In this document: piece by piece, positions 17,677-26,755 of the stretch
Position numbering within the stretch: position 1 is the first letter of the stretch
Layout of the letters: each line of letters begins with the position of its first letter
DNA from: Desulfobaccales bacterium
Lineage (GTDB): Bacteria; Desulfobacterota; Desulfobaccia; Desulfobaccales; 0-14-0-80-60-11
DNA length: 45,620 nucleotides
Direction: 5' to 3'
Assembly (NCBI GenBank): GCA_030694005.1
Contig: JAUXZG010000021.1
Coordinates: 1-45,620, forward strand
Made by a program: the position numbers and the translations under genes
The notes under the pieces: generated by a model
What the model was told of the DNA's origin: nothing
Database searches by the model: none
The model's input: only the letters and a program-made list of their open reading frames with translations

Positions 17677-18938
17677 AGGTAGTCCATATTTCCACCTACA
17701 GCTTCCACGGCGGCGCGGCGCGCTCCGCTTTTAGGCGCCACCTGGCGGCCATTAAGCAGGGCTACGATTCCACCATGTTTTCCCTGACCGGTGGGGGCCA
17801 CCCTAAGGTCCAGGTTTACCGGCCGCCCCGGGGTCTGCCCAGTCGCCTGGGCCGCGGCTGGCGCCGGGCCCTGATTTCTCTGGCCTATGCCCGCTATCGC
17901 TCATCACGGCCTGAAGGCTTTGAGAGGTTCAGTGACGACCGCAGCGAGTTCGGCGCCGACTTGTTGACGCAGTTGCCCGAGGCCGACATTGTCAACCTGC
18001 ACTGGGTGGCCGGGTTTGTGGACTACCAGTTGTTTTTGGTCCCGGTATCTCAGAGGCTTCCCCTGGTCTGGAGTCTGCATGACATGAATCCTTTCACCGG
18101 GGGATGCCATTATGACGACGGCTGCGGCAGGTTTCATGCAGGCTGTGGCGCGTGTCCCCAATTGGGCTCCACCCGGGACTCGGACTTATCTCGGGAGATC
18201 TGGGGCCGGAAAAAAGCCATCTACGAGGGCATGGCCCCGAGCCGGCTGCACGTGGTGGTGCAAAACCACTGGATGGCCACCCAGGTGAAAAGCAGCCCCC
18301 TCATGGGTAAATTTCCCCTGACCATCATCCCCAGCGGGGTGGACACCCGCGACTTCTCCCCCCGGGATTCTCGCGGGGCCCGTTCTCTTTTGGGGATTCC
18401 CCGGGGCGCCAGGGTCATCCTCTTTGTGGCCGACTCGCTGGACATCCGGCGCAAAGGCTTTGCTGTGCTCCAGCAGGCCCTGGCCGGGCTGGCAGATCTG
18501 CCCCATCTCTTTCTGGCCTCGGTGGGCAGCGGCGAGCCCTCCCTGGAAGGCCGGGTGCCCCACCTGCACCTGGGGCGGACTGACAATGACCGCCTGCTCT
18601 CCCTCATTTACAGCGCGGCCGACCTCTTTGTCATCTCCTCCCTGCAGGACAACGCCCCCAACACGGTGATGGAGGCCCTGGCCTGCGGCACCCCGGTGGT
18701 GGGCTTTGTCGCGGGCGGCATTGCCGACCTGGTGCAGCCCGGGGTTACCGGGCTGTTGGCGCCGGTGGGGGAGGTGGAGGCCCTGGGGGGTGCCATTCGG
18801 GAACTTCTGGAAGATGCCGCCAGGCGCCAGGAGATGGCCGCCAACTGTCGACGCCTCGCTTTGGAGGAATATTCCCTGGAAGTTATGGGTCGCAACTATT
18901 CTCAGCTATATCAACGGATAGTGGCGGAAGGTCCGTGA
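17673..18938 (+). CDS. glycosyltransferase family 4 (GT-B, EX7E type)
   Basis: Start overlaps the preceding stop. 'SSLQDNAPNTVMEALACGTPVVGF' is a typical GT4 C-terminal motif. Confidence 0.85.
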   Translation: MKVVHISTYSFHGGAARSAFRRHLAAIKQGYDSTMFSLTGGGHPKVQVYRPPRGLPSRLGRGWRRALISLAYARYRSSRPEGFERFSDDRSEFGADLLTQLPEADIVNLHWVAGFVDYQLFLVPVSQRLPLVWSLHDMNPFTGGCHYDDGCGRFHAGCGACPQLGSTRDSDLSREIWGRKKAIYEGMAPSRLHVVVQNHWMATQVKSSPLMGKFPLTIIPSGVDTRDFSPRDSRGARSLLGIPRGARVILFVADSLDIRRKGFAVLQQALAGLADLPHLFLASVGSGEPSLEGRVPHLHLGRTDNDRLLSLIYSAADLFVISSLQDNAPNTVMEALACGTPVVGFVAGGIADLVQPGVTGLLAPVGEVEALGGAIRELLEDAARRQEMAANCRRLALEEYSLEVMGRNYSQLYQRIVAEGP

Positions 18939-19077
18939 GCGGCGCTTTCTCGGCAACCTGGCCTTTTAGGGCCAGATGTTGTGGTATCTTAAAGTATCTT
19001 CTGAGAGCTTACCAATGTCCTTGGGCATATTCTTAAGGCAAAACCGTGTCGGGGAGCCTCTAACCTGAGGGGATAAC

Positions 19078-19323
19078 ATGTTGAAGATTTATTTGGGAGA
19101 TTTAGTATACGATACGGTGAAGACTAATTATGTCGTCCCGTTAGGTAGCGGCTACCTGGCGGCGATGCTAAATGATAGATTTCCAGGTGAAACTGAGATT
19201 GCTATTTTCAAATACCCCAAGAACCTGGGGAAAGCCCTAAATGATAGTCCATCTGATGGTTTGGCTTTGAGTAATTATAGTTGGAATACAAATTTGAACA
19301 AGTTATTTCTTAAGATGGTGTAA
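19078..19323 (+). pseudogene. N-terminal fragment of a B12-binding/radical-SAM-type gene, truncated at the IS remnants
   Basis: 'MLKIYLGDLVYDTVKTNYVVPLGSGYLAAML...' resembles N-termini of B12-binding rSAM proteins. Only 81 codons, low GC, and it ends ~30 bp before the transposase debris. Confidence 0.4.
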
Positions 19324-19354
19324 AGGTCCACAATTTTTTGGACACAGTTAAAGG

Positions 19355-19745
19355 TTAAATCAGGCGGCCAGGGGCGCGAAGGCGCCGAAATACTCTTTTA
19401 TCCCTTGTCTGAGGGGTTCCAGGGCCTCGAAGCGGGTACCACGTTTGGCCGCATGAATGCCCACGCATTCCATGGAGCAGTGATCCACGGCGAAGAAGAC
19501 CGCCGCCTGGCCGTCCTCGGTAGTAAAAGCGGTCGTCATATCTGTGCCCCACATTTGGTTGACCCGTGGGGTAATAATGGTGCCTTCGTGGACTTGGGGT
19601 CCAGGGTAACAGCCCTGCGGTGGGGCACCAGGAGATGGTGCTCCCGCATCAAGCGAAAGACGCGTCTCTTGGAGGTGTGGAGGCCGGCATGACGCAACCT
19701 GGCCCAAACTTTGCGATATCCTTCGCCATGGATCTGATAAAATAA
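19355..19745 (-). mobile_element. fragment of an rve (DDE integrase-core) transposase gene, IS3/IS481-like, frameshifted and truncated
   Basis: 'IHGEGYRKVWARLRHAGLHTSKRRVFRLMREHHLL' and 'VNQMWGTDMTTAFTTEDGQAAVFFAVDHCSMECVG' lie in two different frames. The N-terminal HTH part and the rest of the catalytic core are missing. Confidence 0.6.
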
Positions 19746-20344
19746 TTGATGCGTTGTGCTTCGCAATACTCGTAGATTGCCGGGTTGGCGAAGGCAGCGT
19801 CGCCACGGAACCAAAAAAGCTTGAACCAGGGGCGGTAACGCTCCACCAAGGGGGTGATAAATGCCAGAGTGCCGGCGGCTGAATGGACATTGCCCGGTCT
19901 CAGCTTGGCGCCCAGACCGTCGCCATCACTGGTAAAGCAAAAAAGGGGATGGAAGCAGTTCTTGCCAAAATGACCGTTGTAGGCCACACCCTCTTGCTTA
20001 CCGTGTACCGGGTCCTCGGTGGAATCCACATCGATGGTCAGGCGCCGCTTGTTCTTCCTTCTCAACAGGGCATCCGTGGACCGGGTCAGGGCGGCCTCCA
20101 AGGCCTCTAACCCAGCTTCATGGCCCAGGACGTCATTCTACTACCTGGAGAGCATGGACTGGCCGGCCCCAGCCTGATGATCTTTACCAAGAGCCAGCCG
20201 GAGGGCAGGGTCTATACGAAGAAAATCGGCATCGTTACAATCTTCATAACCGGCAGCTATCTGGTAGACCCTTTGACGAACGATCTGGATTAAGGAATGC
20301 TTGGTATGAGTCGATGATGTTAAGTCCTCCAAGCAATCTCCCAT
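19746..20344 (-). mobile_element. IS1380-family (DDE_Tnp_1_4-like) transposase pseudogene, frameshifted and 3'-truncated
   Basis: 'QRVYQIAAGYEDCNDADFLRIDPALRLALG' and 'RLTIDVDSTEDPVHGKQEGVAYNGHFGKNCFHPLF...FWFRGDAAFANPAIYEYCE', split across two frames near 20101-20141. The homology ends where the rve fragment begins. Confidence 0.6.
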
Positions 20345-20460
20345 GAGGGCGATGATTCTGATTTATATCATATAGTTATGCCTATTACACGCAATTTTTG
20401 CGGCATAATCCAGTCTTAATGCCCAAACCGTTACCTTTTCGGAGCTAAGGCCATAAGCGA

Positions 20461-21549
20461 TTAATTTATAATCTTACTTTTGGTTAAATATTCGCTGATT
20501 TTTTCTGCTACTATTTTATGTCCCAGTTCGTTCCAGTGGGCCTTATCCTCGGCATAAGTGGTATTCCCCGGTTTATTTGCCTCCCGTATGGCTTGGGGAA
20601 TGCCGTCAATAAATTCCATGTGGTTCTGTGCTGAGATCTTCTTGACTTCTTCATAAAATGGCAAACCACCATCGCCACAAAAAACTATTATTCTGGTATT
20701 GGGCGTACGTTGCCTAACCATCTGCATCAACTTATTGGTTAGCCTCGCGGCGCGTTTAAAGCCCGGATGATCGGCCCCTTGAGAGGCGATATCGTTTTCT
20801 ACCGTTATATCCTTGGTGTAGTGAGCCAGCAATCTGTCGACCCGCTTGAAGATAAAGGCAGAAAGTTTTGAATGAGGATTGACATGCTCTCTAATGAAGC
20901 TGATGGTCTTATATCTGGTTGGGACTGCATAGATGATCTTACCATCGCTTGATAAGTAGGGGCGTCTGGTGCCGTTATTATTGCGGGTGCTGTTGAGTTC
21001 AAGTTCATAATCATTGTTGATAAAGTCATTGGTGCAGAACTGCCATATAATTATGTCAGGCTTGATCATATCCACGTACTCGTCTAAAATCAGATATTCT
21101 TGCAGAGTGCCATATCCCCCACACCCATAAGCGAAGACTTCCACCGGGAGGGTCTGGTTTATAATGCCATAGTAAGTCTTACTGTTTGATACTGCAGAAG
21201 CCTGAGTAAGAGAGTCGCCAATAACCATGATTTTTTTCTTGGGTGAATTTAGATTGCCAAAAACTCTAAATCCATATTGGTTGGTTTCCATCTCCACGTG
21301 GTAAGGTTTCATGTCGGCATCGTTTAATATTCCTTTGAAGCGATAGTTTTCCGTAGCCCGCCAACCGAGCCGGTCATCCAAGTGGAACTCCAAAACAGCT
21401 TCCGGAACTTTCCCAGGATACTTAAAATAATGGTAAATCCGCAATGATACTTCTCCGACCATAAACAATAAGATAACGGTCAGTAGTAGAATAAATAAGT
21501 TGGTCAAGAAACTCTTAATAATATTCTGGTAACCCATCAGGAGAGGCAC
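20461..21549 (-). CDS. membrane-anchored SGNH/AlgJ-AlgX-like hydrolase or O-acyltransferase (low-GC gene)
   Basis: N-terminal TM segment, block I 'VIGDSLTQ', 'CTNDFINND' and block V 'DKAHWNELGH' (DxxHW). Confidence 0.65.
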   Translation of the reverse strand: MPLLMGYQNIIKSFLTNLFILLLTVILLFMVGEVSLRIYHYFKYPGKVPEAVLEFHLDDRLGWRATENYRFKGILNDADMKPYHVEMETNQYGFRVFGNLNSPKKKIMVIGDSLTQASAVSNSKTYYGIINQTLPVEVFAYGCGGYGTLQEYLILDEYVDMIKPDIIIWQFCTNDFINNDYELELNSTRNNNGTRRPYLSSDGKIIYAVPTRYKTISFIREHVNPHSKLSAFIFKRVDRLLAHYTKDITVENDIASQGADHPGFKRAARLTNKLMQMVRQRTPNTRIIVFCGDGGLPFYEEVKKISAQNHMEFIDGIPQAIREANKPGNTTYAEDKAHWNELGHKIVAEKISEYLTKSKIIN

Positions 21550-21832
21550 ACTTTCAGGGAGTTATTGGGGAAACCGAAGACAACCCCAGGTCGCATCTAT
21601 CTGCCTTGTTTCCACCAGTACGGGGTGCTTCTCAAGACCCCAAGGCTTCCGGCATGGTTATATTTCTAATTTAGTAGTGTCCGGCACAGAAATTGAATGT
21701 AAATAACTGGCCATGATTATCATCTGGTTCCCAAGCTCCACCTGAGAACCCACTTGGATGCAAGGCTCTGCTTTGCAAGCTAATTCTATAGGTTATACCG
21801 AGTGCTATCAATTTGGGAGTTGTAGTGGTAGT

Positions 21833-21862
21833 GGTAGCCGCAGGCTTCAGCCTGCGGCTACC
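21833..21862. terminator. perfect 13-bp stem / 4-nt loop hairpin at the 3' end of the DHS-like gene
   Basis: GGTAGCCGCAGGC-TTCA-GCCTGCGGCTACC. It overlaps the stop codon (21858-21860) and has no clear U-tract on the - strand, so terminator function is uncertain. Confidence 0.35.
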
Positions 21863-22934
21863 ACTCGGCCTTTTCCAGGCGTTGTATCACCGCCTTGAGG
21901 AGAATGGGCCAGGCGATGGTGGCGTCGCACAGGACCTCCGCGAAGCGCCCGCCTTCCTCCGGGGAGACGAATTTACCCCAGGAAACCCCTTCTTTGAAGG
22001 TACAACCGCTCAAGCCGCCCCAATGGGCCGGCTCCGGACAGAGGCGCACCCCGTAATGGAACCGCAACTCCGGCAGGTCCAGGTCCAAGCGGGTGTGCAG
22101 CAATTCCAGGTAAGGTCCCACCTGCTGGGCCCAGTTGCGGGGCACTCCCCCTCCTATCACGAAGATCCCCAACTTCTTGGCGGTGAGCACCTTCTGAGCA
22201 TAAGCCGCCAGGTCCAGAAAAGGATTAAACTTAAGGGACAGAGCGGACAGGGCCTCGGGAAACTTCCGGCCCGACCTTAGGGCCCGGCCCACCATGTGAA
22301 CCGCCAGGTCCAATCCCAACTCCGAATCGGTAAAAGCCGGGATAAACACCGGCACCTCTTTGAGGTAGGCGTTCCGCAAGATCCCCGGGCTGGTGGTGTG
22401 CTCCGCCAGATACCGCCCTAATTCCCGACAGAGGCCGGCAGACGACCATACCTGAGCCGGATCCAACCGCTCCAGCACTTCTTTGAACACCGCTTCCGCA
22501 TAATCCAGGTTGGCTTCCATCTCTAGAGTGTCATAGATGCGGTTGTAACCCCTTAAATAAAGGTCCCGATCGGATAAGCGGTCGGGACATTTATAATGTA
22601 CCTTTCCCAAGGTCTCGATGAGCCCGTGTGCCACCAGGGCTCCGGTGGTGATGATGACCTTAAGCCAGCCCCGATCGATCATGTCGCAAATTAACAGCCC
22701 CATTTTGGCCACGCTCATGGCCCCGGAGAAGGTGCCGACGATGGTGAGGTCCGGGTCCCGCACCATCTCCGTCAACACCGCCGCGGCTTCTCCCAGGCTG
22801 CGGCCGCCAAAAGCGGTGCGGCCCATGGCCTGCAAAAGCTCATCAAAATCCTGAACGGCATTCAAGTCCAGGGGGGCCAGGGGTTCCAGGCCGTCTTTGG
22901 CCCCATCATGAAATTCCTCTGGTTTGCGCCGCAT
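21858..22934 (-). CDS. deoxyhypusine synthase family protein (bacterial DHS-like)
   Basis: 'TIVGTFSGAMSVAKMG', 'IITTGALVAHG', 'VIGGGVPRNW' and 'GGLSGCTFKEGVSWGKF'. The Lys of the SWGK motif is present. Confidence 0.85.
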   Translation of the reverse strand: MRRKPEEFHDGAKDGLEPLAPLDLNAVQDFDELLQAMGRTAFGGRSLGEAAAVLTEMVRDPDLTIVGTFSGAMSVAKMGLLICDMIDRGWLKVIITTGALVAHGLIETLGKVHYKCPDRLSDRDLYLRGYNRIYDTLEMEANLDYAEAVFKEVLERLDPAQVWSSAGLCRELGRYLAEHTTSPGILRNAYLKEVPVFIPAFTDSELGLDLAVHMVGRALRSGRKFPEALSALSLKFNPFLDLAAYAQKVLTAKKLGIFVIGGGVPRNWAQQVGPYLELLHTRLDLDLPELRFHYGVRLCPEPAHWGGLSGCTFKEGVSWGKFVSPEEGGRFAEVLCDATIAWPILLKAVIQRLEKAEW

Positions 22935-23057
22935 GATTCACACCTTCTGCCTTTGGGAGGAACGATTTAGTGACACCGGCTCAGTTCTTGGTTCCCAGTT
23001 TAAAACCCTAGTACTTGATTGCTTAAATTAACGAAAGGATATCCCCCCTCACCCTAA

Positions 23058-23081
23058 CCCTCTCCCCCAAGGGGGAGAGGG
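23058..23081. repeat. short C/G-run hairpin (CCCTCTCCCCC-AA-GGGGGAGAGGG)
   Basis: Perfect 11-bp stem preceded by CCCCTCACCCTAA. Same flavour as the larger repeat family. Confidence 0.5.
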
Positions 23082-23136
23082 AAAATGATGGTAAATTTGT
23101 TAAAAAATAAGTAACGCTAACTTACGCAACTAAGTA

Positions 23137-24351
23137 CTACCCTTTGGAATGGAAGTATTTTAACAAGTACTCCGCAATCCTTTCATTGGCCAATTTATTG
23201 GGATGGCCGTCACCCTTGATATAATATTTTTCCTCGTCATCATGATATTTGCTGAATATCTCCTGAGTGGTTATTACCTTCAGGTTGTTTAGTTTCAATT
23301 CAGAAAACACGTATTCATAATCAGGATCATTTTTGTCAAGCCCTAACAAAACATAAAAATCACCGTGATATTTATCGGCGACTATTTTTTGTGACTTCTG
23401 AATAATCTTAACAAATAACTTTATATCTTCCCGATTTCTTTTCCACCCCCATATTCTCGGCAGTAGGTTAGTTTTTTGGATTATTAAAGATTTATTTAAC
23501 ACCGGAATGAATCTTTTGACCATGGATTCGTCTTTAAATTTCCCGGCATATTCAACCTCACTGGAGGAATTTAATTTATATCTGGGACCATAGGCGTCCC
23601 AGACGAGGTAGGGATAATTGCCGGCCGACCTTTCGATGTGGGGCAGCAACGCCCAGTAAATGGCTATCAAAGGCCCTTTTTTTAGAAGTACTTTATCTAA
23701 CCACCCGGTCTCTAAAATTCTCAGCATCTGGTGGGGGCCATAACCATGAAAGCCGAAATTATAGGTAAGATATTCGCCCTTAGATTTTTCTTCAAATTGA
23801 TACGGCAGGGTCTCATTGTCATTGATGCCCTCGCCCACCGTGAAGGAGCAGCCAAAAAAGGCGGCATTTATAAAATCTTTTTTCAATCTTAAATTATCAT
23901 TCTTTAAATCATGAGGAGAAACCCTTAAGCCATATTGATTGGTGGTATAAACCACATCGTAGATAAGCTCATGGCCATGATACATTTTTGAGGTTATTTG
24001 GGCGTTTTTGGCCCCGGCATACCCTCTTATGTCATCCGGGGTAAAATAACTTCCCCAGTTGGTATAGCTCCCTTCCATCCTGGCGGCCCGGCTGGGTTCA
24101 GAGGCCGAGCCGACCGCAAACCACCCCGCCAGGTAAGCTTCGCCCAAGGCAAAAGCTAAGGTCAGGACGGCCAGATTAAAAAAAATTACCTTGAGGTTTG
24201 GTGACTTTCTAGTTTTAAGCGTCATCCAGAGCAAAACCAGAAAAGTCGAGGCGGCTATGTAGATATAGGGATTGCTCCTGACAGACTTAAAAATCAAAAA
24301 TATGTAGGCCAAAAATAAAATTACGCAAGCTGTTCTTTTAATCCAAGCCAT
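23137..24351 (-). CDS. multi-TM protein with an SGNH-like domain (variant block I 'GCS'), low-GC gene
   Basis: Three N-terminal hydrophobic segments, 'AAFFGCSFTVGEGINDNE' and a C-terminal 'GDGHPNKLANERIAEYL'. Starts 12 nt after the speB stop. Confidence 0.55.
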   Translation of the reverse strand: MAWIKRTACVILFLAYIFLIFKSVRSNPYIYIAASTFLVLLWMTLKTRKSPNLKVIFFNLAVLTLAFALGEAYLAGWFAVGSASEPSRAARMEGSYTNWGSYFTPDDIRGYAGAKNAQITSKMYHGHELIYDVVYTTNQYGLRVSPHDLKNDNLRLKKDFINAAFFGCSFTVGEGINDNETLPYQFEEKSKGEYLTYNFGFHGYGPHQMLRILETGWLDKVLLKKGPLIAIYWALLPHIERSAGNYPYLVWDAYGPRYKLNSSSEVEYAGKFKDESMVKRFIPVLNKSLIIQKTNLLPRIWGWKRNREDIKLFVKIIQKSQKIVADKYHGDFYVLLGLDKNDPDYEYVFSELKLNNLKVITTQEIFSKYHDDEEKYYIKGDGHPNKLANERIAEYLLKYFHSKG

Positions 24352-24363
24352 AGTGCTTCCAGG

Positions 24364-25248
24364 TCATTCCGGGCGGCGTTGGTGGTAGATATAGCCCAGG
24401 GCCTTATACAGCAGGCGGGCGGCGGTAAATTCACTCACCTTCTGCCCGGGGATGGGAGCCAATTCCACCAGGTCCAGCCCTATCACCGGTCCCCGTAAGG
24501 CCAGGGTCTCCATAATGGTGAGCACCTGATAATAATTAAGGCCCCCCGGCTCCGGAGTGCCCACCCCGGGCATGACGGAAGGGTCCAGGACATCTAAATC
24601 TATGGTCAGGTAAACCGGCCCCTTCAGGCCTTTGAGATGGTCCAGGGCGGCCTGCCAGCCTGTGGACGTTTCGATAAGGTCCCTGGCTTTGAACACGGAC
24701 AGGCGGGGTGCCACCCTGAGGAGTTGGCGTTCCTCCTGGGAATAACTGCGCAAGCCGATGATCGTCAGGGGGCGGCCCAGGCCATAGACCTGGCGCAGCA
24801 CGCAGGCATGGGACAGCGGGCTGCCGTCATAGCGCTCCCTTAAGTCCGCGTGGGCATCCAGGGCCACCACGGTCAGGTCCGGGAAGCGGGTAAGCGCGGC
24901 CTGCACCAACGGCAGGGTGATGGTGTGCTCGCCGCCTAAGGCCAGGATCAGCTTGCCCTGGGAGATCCAGGGTTGCACGATGCGCCGAATCTTGTCCAGC
25001 ATCGTCTGAGGTCCGGATACTTCCGGAGTGATGGGGGCCGCGGTGGCCAGACGCACTTTCTCACTGGGGTCCCAATTCTGCTCCTCGTCCCACAACTCCA
25101 CCTGGCAGGAGGCGGACAATATGGCCTCCGGCCCTCCCCGGGTGCCTCCCCCGTAGGTGGTGGTGGCCTCATAGGGGATGGGCAGGACCACCGCCTCGGC
25201 TTCCTTTACCGGCAGGGGCTTCAAGTCTAAAAAGGTCAAGAAGGGCAT
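24364..25248 (-). CDS. speB: agmatinase / ureohydrolase family
   Basis: Mn-ligand motifs 'LGGEHTITL', 'ALDAHADL' and 'TIDLDVLDPSVMPGVGTPEPGG'. Confidence 0.85.
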   Translation of the reverse strand: MPFLTFLDLKPLPVKEAEAVVLPIPYEATTTYGGGTRGGPEAILSASCQVELWDEEQNWDPSEKVRLATAAPITPEVSGPQTMLDKIRRIVQPWISQGKLILALGGEHTITLPLVQAALTRFPDLTVVALDAHADLRERYDGSPLSHACVLRQVYGLGRPLTIIGLRSYSQEERQLLRVAPRLSVFKARDLIETSTGWQAALDHLKGLKGPVYLTIDLDVLDPSVMPGVGTPEPGGLNYYQVLTIMETLALRGPVIGLDLVELAPIPGQKVSEFTAARLLYKALGYIYHQRRPE

Positions 25249-25249
25249 C

Positions 25250-26617
25250 TTAAGGCTCCTGGGAGGCAGGTTCTTTTACTTCCATCTCCTTGAGGCGGCG
25301 ATACAGGGTGGCCAGGCCGATGCCCAAAAGGCGCGCCGTCAGTTCCTTGTCCCAGCCGGTTTTTTTAAGGGTCTGCAAGATGGCCAGGCGTTCGATTTCT
25401 TCTAAAGAGGCCCCCACCGGCAGAATGATTTGGTCGTCCGCCGGAGAGTGACGCCTGATTTCGTCAGGTAAATCCGTCAGGTCCACCATATTGCCTTCGC
25501 ACAGAGCCACCGCCCGCTCCACCACATTCTGCAATTCCCGCACATTGCCGGGCCAGGAATAACTCTTCAAGGCCGCCATGGCCGCCGGGGAAAAACCCAT
25601 GGTGGGGCGGTTGTTTTCCAGACAAAACCGATCCATGAAATGCAGGGCCAGCAGGGAGATGTCCTCCACCCGCTCCCTTAAAGGGGGGATGGTCAGGTGG
25701 ATGACATTTAAGCGGTAAAACAGGTCCTTGCGAAAGCGGCCGGCGGTCACCGCGGCCTCCAGGTCCAGGTTGGTGGCGGCGATCACCCGCACATCCGCCC
25801 TTTGGGTCTGGCCCCCCCCTACCCTTTCGAATTCCCCTTCCTGGAGCACTCTTAAGAACTTCACCTGGGTGGCCGGGGGCATCTCGCTGATTTCGTCAAG
25901 GAAAATGGTGCCGCCGTCGGCCAGCTCAAAGCGGCCTTTGCGCTGCTGGATGGCGCCGGTGAAGGCCCCTTTTTCGTGGCCGAAAAGCTCGGACTCGATA
26001 AGACCTTCCGGCAGCGCCCCGCAGTTGAGCTTGACAAAGGGCTTGCCTTTCCTGGGGCTTTGATGGTGAATGGCTTCCGCCACCAGTTCCTTGCCCACCC
26101 CGCTTTCCCCGGACAGCAGCACCGTGGTCTTCATGGGGGCGATCTGATTGACCATGTGGATAACCTTGAGCAAGGCCGGCCCTCGGCCGATGAGGCGGCC
26201 GGTGGGGCCCCGGTCCTGCAAGGCCTCCCTTAGCCTCTGGTTTTCCACGATAAGTTTTTGGGTTTCCAGGGCCTTGCTCACCACCTTGCGCAACTCATGC
26301 ATCCGAAAGTCTTTGGTGATGAAATCGTAAATCCCTCTTTTTAAGGCGGAGATGGCCTCATCCACCGTGGCGTGGCCGGAAATCATGATGGCTATGGCCT
26401 CCGGCCGCAAGATGCGCAAGGCCCCGAACAACTCGGTGCCCACCATGTCCGGCAGCTTCAGGTCAATGATGGCCAGGTCCACCGGGTGACGCCGCACCTC
26501 TTCCAAGGCCGCGACCCCGGTGGCGGCCAGATGAATCTCATGACCTAACTTCTGCAACCCGGAAGCCAACGCCTCCCGGGTGGCCGCATCATCATCCACC
26601 ACTAAAATGACACTCAT
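25250..26617 (-). CDS. sigma-54-dependent response regulator (NtrC/Fis family)
   Basis: Receiver domain ('VILVVDDD', 'IIDLKLPDM'), AAA+ domain ('GESGVGKE', 'GAFTGA') and a C-terminal Fis HTH ('ARLLGIGLATLYRRLK'). Its stop lies 1 nt from the speB start. Confidence 0.9.
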   Translation of the reverse strand: MSVILVVDDDAATREALASGLQKLGHEIHLAATGVAALEEVRRHPVDLAIIDLKLPDMVGTELFGALRILRPEAIAIMISGHATVDEAISALKRGIYDFITKDFRMHELRKVVSKALETQKLIVENQRLREALQDRGPTGRLIGRGPALLKVIHMVNQIAPMKTTVLLSGESGVGKELVAEAIHHQSPRKGKPFVKLNCGALPEGLIESELFGHEKGAFTGAIQQRKGRFELADGGTIFLDEISEMPPATQVKFLRVLQEGEFERVGGGQTQRADVRVIAATNLDLEAAVTAGRFRKDLFYRLNVIHLTIPPLRERVEDISLLALHFMDRFCLENNRPTMGFSPAAMAALKSYSWPGNVRELQNVVERAVALCEGNMVDLTDLPDEIRRHSPADDQIILPVGASLEEIERLAILQTLKKTGWDKELTARLLGIGLATLYRRLKEMEVKEPASQEP

Positions 26618-26637
26618 GGTTAATTAACCTATTTTGG

Positions 26638-26751
26638 ATTTGGGGGGAGGGCCAGGGAGTCTTTTGTAAGTGCTCCCTGCCCTCCCCCCAAACCCCCCTC
26701 CCAACCCTTTAGGGTGATTGGGGTAGACGGGGCCCCTGGCCCCCTCCCCCA
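26638..26751. repeat. G/C-run modular palindromic element, copy 3
   Basis: TTTGGGGGGAGGGCCAGGGAG-TCTTTTGTAAG-TGCTCCCTGCCCTCCCCCCAAA hairpin, then a C-run arm and a second imperfect hairpin ending CCCCCTCCCCCAA. Confidence 0.75.
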
Positions 26752-26755
26752 AGCA

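Noticed and set aside
21725-21780. Partial palindrome TGGTTCCCAAGCTCCACCTGAGAACCCACTTGG...GCAAGGCTCTGCTTTGC, resembling a different dispersed-repeat type
   Set aside because: It is a single, degenerate copy in this window with short imperfect stems. It cannot be distinguished from chance or from a decayed element without the rest of the genome.
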